Shown here piece by piece: positions 60,077 through 64,000 of a stretch of 64,000 nucleotides of DNA. The notes beneath the pieces were generated by a model. That model ran no database searches. It was not told the DNA's origin and was given only the letters and a program-made list of their open reading frames with translations. The stretch spans positions 160,001 to 224,000 of the forward strand of contig JBMNIW010000001.1 in NCBI GenBank assembly GCA_050951325.1, read 5' to 3'. This DNA comes from Clostridia bacterium. GTDB lineage: Bacteria > Bacillota > Clostridia > UBA1212 > DUPL01. The first letter of the stretch is position 1; the number at the start of each line of letters is the position of its first letter. Made by a program: the position numbers and the translations under genes.

Positions 60077-61534
60077 TCATATTACATTCTTTAATGCTTG
60101 TCTTACTTCACTATTATTTAATCTTTCAATTTCTTTATCATGTAGTATTTTAAACCTCTCAAAATCTCGTTTACATTCTTCTTGATTAATATTGCATAAA
60201 TCATCGTTAACGTGCTGTATTAAAAATGCACTATATAAATCCCTTTGTATTTTAATGCCGTTTAAATCATTCCAACGTTGACTTAATTTTTTCTTATTAT
60301 ATCTGCAATTCAAATGATTATATTGGCTTGCTTTTACTTCTTTAGTATTAACTTTTATAAGTTTTTCACCAAAATATTTTAATTTATTGTCTAGTATGGT
60401 TAATAATTTTGCTGGTGCTTTATTGGCTAAACTTTTACCAAACCGTTTCTTACGTTTAAATTTACCTTTATCGTTCTTTTCAGTTTTCTTGTTTCGTTTC
60501 TGCAATCCTTTAAAATTCATTTCTTCAACTTTTATCTTATTACCGAGAGATAATATATAATTACTTAATAATTGGTGTTGATATTCTCTTACGTCTGCTT
60601 GTTTTCTATATAATTCTCTTAGTTTGTTCTGTGCTTTAATATATCTATTAGATTTGACCCATTTAAGTTTACCTTTTTTTATTGTACCATCTTCATTAAA
60701 ATTATCAGGATTATTAGCACGTCTGCTTCTATCCATATACCTCAAAATTCTACGCTTTTCTTTTTCAATATTATTTACTCTATCGGCTAATTCTAATAAT
60801 TTTACATCTACATTTGATACTATTGCTATTGTTTGAGTACCAATATCTAACCCCACTGTACCATTTCCTATATGTCTTTTAACCTCACCATCTTTATTTA
60901 TCTTCATAGGAGGTACACCTTTGAATACTATTTGAAGATAATATTTGTATTTACCTTTTATAAATCTACGTTTAATTCTACAATAGCATATTTCATCTTT
61001 TAGTGCTTGGTACTCATAAGGATTATTATAATCTATTTTTACAGATATTTTTAACCCATTCCATATAAGAAAACCATCTTTAAATCTTATGCCTGTTTTA
61101 TTGCTTTTACCTTCAAGAGAATCTAATTCTCCATATTTTTTGAAGTGTACTATTTCACCATCTCCAAACAATAAATCTTCAAATGCACTCCATACTCTTG
61201 TTGCTATTTTTTGTGCTGTGAAACTATCTATATTTTCCGAGAAATGATGTTGCATTTCTTGTATATCTTCATGTAGTGAATATTCATTGAGCCTATATTG
61301 CTTATACATTTCATTTAATTGCTTATATAATAGTTTCTTCTCTTTTTCATTTGCATTATTAATTTGCTCCTTTAACTGCCTATATTTTTTAGTTTCAATC
61401 ATAGATTTATAACGTTTATATGCTTTAGATAATACAGCATTGTATAATTGTCTGCTAATTTCAAAACGCTTATTTAAAATAGTTTCTTGATACTTTTCAG
61501 TTATTAATGGAAATGTTACACAATATCGACTCAT
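60077..61534 (-). CDS. tnpB: TnpB-like RNA-guided endonuclease
   Basis: RuvC motifs GLDIG, VEEMN and QRDLYSA. Confidence 0.88.
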   Translation of the reverse strand: MSRYCVTFPLITEKYQETILNKRFEISRQLYNAVLSKAYKRYKSMIETKKYRQLKEQINNANEKEKKLLYKQLNEMYKQYRLNEYSLHEDIQEMQHHFSENIDSFTAQKIATRVWSAFEDLLFGDGEIVHFKKYGELDSLEGKSNKTGIRFKDGFLIWNGLKISVKIDYNNPYEYQALKDEICYCRIKRRFIKGKYKYYLQIVFKGVPPMKINKDGEVKRHIGNGTVGLDIGTQTIAIVSNVDVKLLELADRVNNIEKEKRRILRYMDRSRRANNPDNFNEDGTIKKGKLKWVKSNRYIKAQNKLRELYRKQADVREYQHQLLSNYILSLGNKIKVEEMNFKGLQKRNKKTEKNDKGKFKRKKRFGKSLANKAPAKLLTILDNKLKYFGEKLIKVNTKEVKASQYNHLNCRYNKKKLSQRWNDLNGIKIQRDLYSAFLIQHVNDDLCNINQEECKRDFERFKILHDKEIERLNNSEVRQALKNVI

Positions 61535-61551
61535 AAATATTCACCACCTTT

Positions 61552-61950
61552 CTATACGTTTTTTTGATTTTCTATATATTTTTGTATTGTTTCTTCTGAA
61601 ATATATCCTATAGTGCAACAAAAATAACTTCGTGTCCAAAGAGAAGGTATTCTACTTCTTAACTCTGGATATTTATTTCTTAATATCCTACTACTTGTTC
61701 CTTTAAAATATCTTATTAATTCATGCAGTGGTTGTCGTGGGTCAAAACTTATAAACATATGAACATGGTCGGGCATTATTTCTAATGCTTTTATTTCAAC
61801 ATTCTTTTCTTTTGCAATATCATAAAATATTTGTCTTAAATCTTTTTCAATATTACCAACCAATACTTTCCTTCTATATTTAGGACAAAACACTATATGA
61901 TATTGGTTAAGATATACAATACCTTCTTTGTGTATATATTTATCATTCAT
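61552..61950 (-). CDS. tnpA: IS200-type Y1 HUH transposase
   Basis: YHIVFCPKYRR, DHVHM, LWTRSYF and YIENQ motifs. Confidence 0.95.
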   Translation of the reverse strand: MNDKYIHKEGIVYLNQYHIVFCPKYRRKVLVGNIEKDLRQIFYDIAKEKNVEIKALEIMPDHVHMFISFDPRQPLHELIRYFKGTSSRILRNKYPELRSRIPSLWTRSYFCCTIGYISEETIQKYIENQKNV

Positions 61951-62063
61951 TAGATATTCACCACCTATCTAATTATAATATAGCATAATATTAGATGGGT
62001 GTCAAGTATCTAATAAGCCTTCATCCCAACGACTAAAGTCGTGGGCTTTCGGCTAAGTTTTCT

Positions 62064-63007
62064 GTAAAGTCATAACTGAACTTGGGCACCGCTGCATGTA
62101 CCGGTACATTTCGGGCACCTTTAAGAAGGTTCAAGAAGGATTCTCCATCAAGATCTGCAATATAGTCGTAAACGGAAACACCTGATTCAGGGAGTATGGC
62201 AGCAAAACTGTAATCACCACCTTTGTACGGTTTGACAAAACCTTTTGCCTTTCCATCGCTTATAAACTTTGCTTCTTCGGATTGCATCATTTCAACCACG
62301 GATTTTGTGCCGTCAAAATTGGTAAACTCTCTTTCATAAATCATGTTTTCATTGTATATTACCTCCCATTCCGCATCGAACACAATCGCATTGATAAGAA
62401 ACATTACCGCATTTGGATCAATTTGCTCCAGTATCTTTTCAATCATACCGTCTGTTTTTTGCTTGACCCAACTGTTAATGTCTTTTAGAGTCTGTTCGTC
62501 AAAAGGTGACTTGTATGCATTCGCCTTGTAGTAGTCTGCGTTTTTCTGCAAAAATGCCTTATTGACAGCAAAACGGCTCTCATCGTCTCTAAACCATATG
62601 GAGTTGGATATGACAAGCTTTGATGTCTCTTTGTTCGGAAGCGACTTTACATATGCATATAAATACTCATTAAGCTCATCTATTGATATATCCCCACCCA
62701 AAACTTCCTCCATTTGCTTCAGTGTGTTTTTATTCGCACCATTTGCAGTCATCGCCATGGCAAGCAATACAGATAATGGAGATATCAAGGAGTTTTCCTC
62801 ACCAACCGATCTTTTAAACAAATCAATGGAAAAACTTGCAGTGCTTGCAATAAACCTTTCATCCGCATCCTTGCCTTGAACTTTGTTTTCCTTTAATCCT
62901 TCCATTAGATTCATGCCCTTTACTTCTTCATACACAAAAGGCTCTACACAGGATGTAAAACTCACAAGCATTACAACTGCAAGAAAAAGAACAATAACTC
63001 TTTTCAT
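62064..63007 (-). pseudogene. Lipoprotein serpin truncated by the IS before its reactive-centre loop
   Basis: Lipobox FTSC; ISPLS, INSWVKQKT, LINAIVFDAEW and PKFSYD motifs, then IS left-end sequence. Confidence 0.88.
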
Positions 63008-63027
63008 CTACAACACCTACTTTAAAT

Positions 63028-64000
63028 TTATTTTCCCAAATCAACAACCGTTCCAATAAACAAAGGAAGGTTTGTTGCGTTATCAATAATTGCGTAGACA
63101 AAGGGCCTGTCGAGTATGACTCTGGCTTCACTAACAGGACCCGCTGTGTCGCGCATTTCCACTTTTGTTACCGCACCTGCTTTTGTGCCTTTCTCGTCAA
63201 CGGAAATAAATGTTTTGTGAAGAACTTCAGAGATGTACAGACCTTCTTTTAAATCAGCATCCATTTTTGAAAAATCAGCTCTTCCATCAAATGCATGCTC
63301 CATACCCATGTCTATTAAAGCACCATTCATCACAATCTCATAGTCATACTTGAACTTTGGAACACCAGCATTAACAACTTCTTTTGCGGCTCCTCCCACC
63401 AAATTCAAGAAAGTTTCGCCATCAAGACTTTCAACATAATCATATATTGAAATGTCTTTATTAGGAAGTATTGCAACAAAACTGTAATCTTTATTTTTAT
63501 ATGGTTTGACAAACCCTGCCGCATTGTCACTGCTAATATATTTCGATTCATTTGAGTACATCATGTCCACCTTGGCATAAGTGCCGTCAATGTTTTTAAA
63601 ATCCCTTTCCTTTATATCATTCTTCTCATATATCTTTTCCCATTCAGCATCGAACACAATTGCATTTATTAAAAACATAACCGCACTGTCATCTATATTA
63701 TCAAGTATTTCATCTATCAAACCATCGGTCTTTTTCTTTACCCAGTTATTTATATCTTTAACCGTCTGTTCATCAAAGGCTGACTCATAGGCGCTTGCTT
63801 TGTAATAGTCGGCATTTTTCTGCAAGAAATCGTCATTAACATTAAAACCTTCACGGAACCATATGGAATTGGATATCTCAAACCTTGATTTCTTTTTGTT
63901 TGGAAGACCCTTTGCATAAGAATACAAGTACTCATTCAGCTCATCAATTGTGATGTCATCTCCCAGCACTTTTTCCATTTGCTCTAATGTCTCATTGTCA
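63028..64000 (-). CDS. Serpin family protein, 5' end outside the window
   Basis: Hinge VDEKGTKAGAVT and DRPFVYAI...LFIG motifs. Confidence 0.92.
   Translation of the reverse strand, partial: DNETLEQMEKVLGDDITIDELNEYLYSYAKGLPNKKKSRFEISNSIWFREGFNVNDDFLQKNADYYKASAYESAFDEQTVKDINNWVKKKTDGLIDEILDNIDDSAVMFLINAIVFDAEWEKIYEKNDIKERDFKNIDGTYAKVDMMYSNESKYISSDNAAGFVKPYKNKDYSFVAILPNKDISIYDYVESLDGETFLNLVGGAAKEVVNAGVPKFKYDYEIVMNGALIDMGMEHAFDGRADFSKMDADLKEGLYISEVLHKTFISVDEKGTKAGAVTKVEMRDTAGPVSEARVILDRPFVYAIIDNATNLPLFIGTVVDLGK

Larger units (their letters stand above)
59908..62063 (-). mobile_element. IS200/IS605-family element, IS608-like (tnpA-tnpB in tandem)
   Basis: LE: TTAC|AGAAAACTTAGCCG-AAAG-CCCACGACTTTAGTCGTTGGG. 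RE: GAAC-CTGCTGGCTTTAGCCACGCAG-AGTT-TCAG|. Interior is markedly AT-richer than the flanks. Confidence 0.92.

Noticed and set aside
1-64000. CRISPR array, tRNA or rRNA genes
   Set aside because: No regularly spaced repeat-spacer units, cloverleaf or rRNA-like sequence was noticed by eye; a covariance-model scan was not possible.

Overview
AT-rich DNA whose gene content and RBS style suggest a Clostridia-like Firmicute. Several single-base frameshifts suggest an imperfectly polished assembly or ongoing gene decay. Bases 1-38.8 kb are a carbohydrate and sulfated-glycan foraging region. It holds putative glycoside hydrolases, two Cys-type sulfatases with their radical-SAM maturase, AraC regulators, many Pro/Thr-linker lipoproteins (three are discoidin paralogues) and a ~1,500-aa multidomain metallophosphoesterase. 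An unannotated 35-aa leader-core peptide gene follows that large gene. At 14.3-20.6 kb an IS1634-family element with a 325-bp target duplication has inserted into a merR gene. It is itself split by a 3.6-kb mosaic of IS fragments, a group IIC intron stub and one cargo gene. Bases 38.8-54 kb are mixed housekeeping and accessory genes (DUF2974 lipase, J-like TPR protein, FnlA/CapE-type dehydratase, small alarmone synthetase, uppP, trxB, Thg1-like protein plus kinase, GH43, MFS). Bases 54.2-58.4 kb are a compact operon of feoA, feoB, a nicotianamine-synthase-like gene, a LPG-flippase-like gene and a pssA-like gene behind a palindromic operator. Bases 59.9-62.1 kb are an IS608-like tnpA-tnpB element joining two different truncated genes, a glycosidase and a serpin. 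The best candidates for undescribed biology are the peptide/lipoprotein shared-motif module and the Feo-NAS-lipid operon. No CRISPR array, tRNA or rRNA was seen. All calls come from reading motifs by eye, with no database searches.
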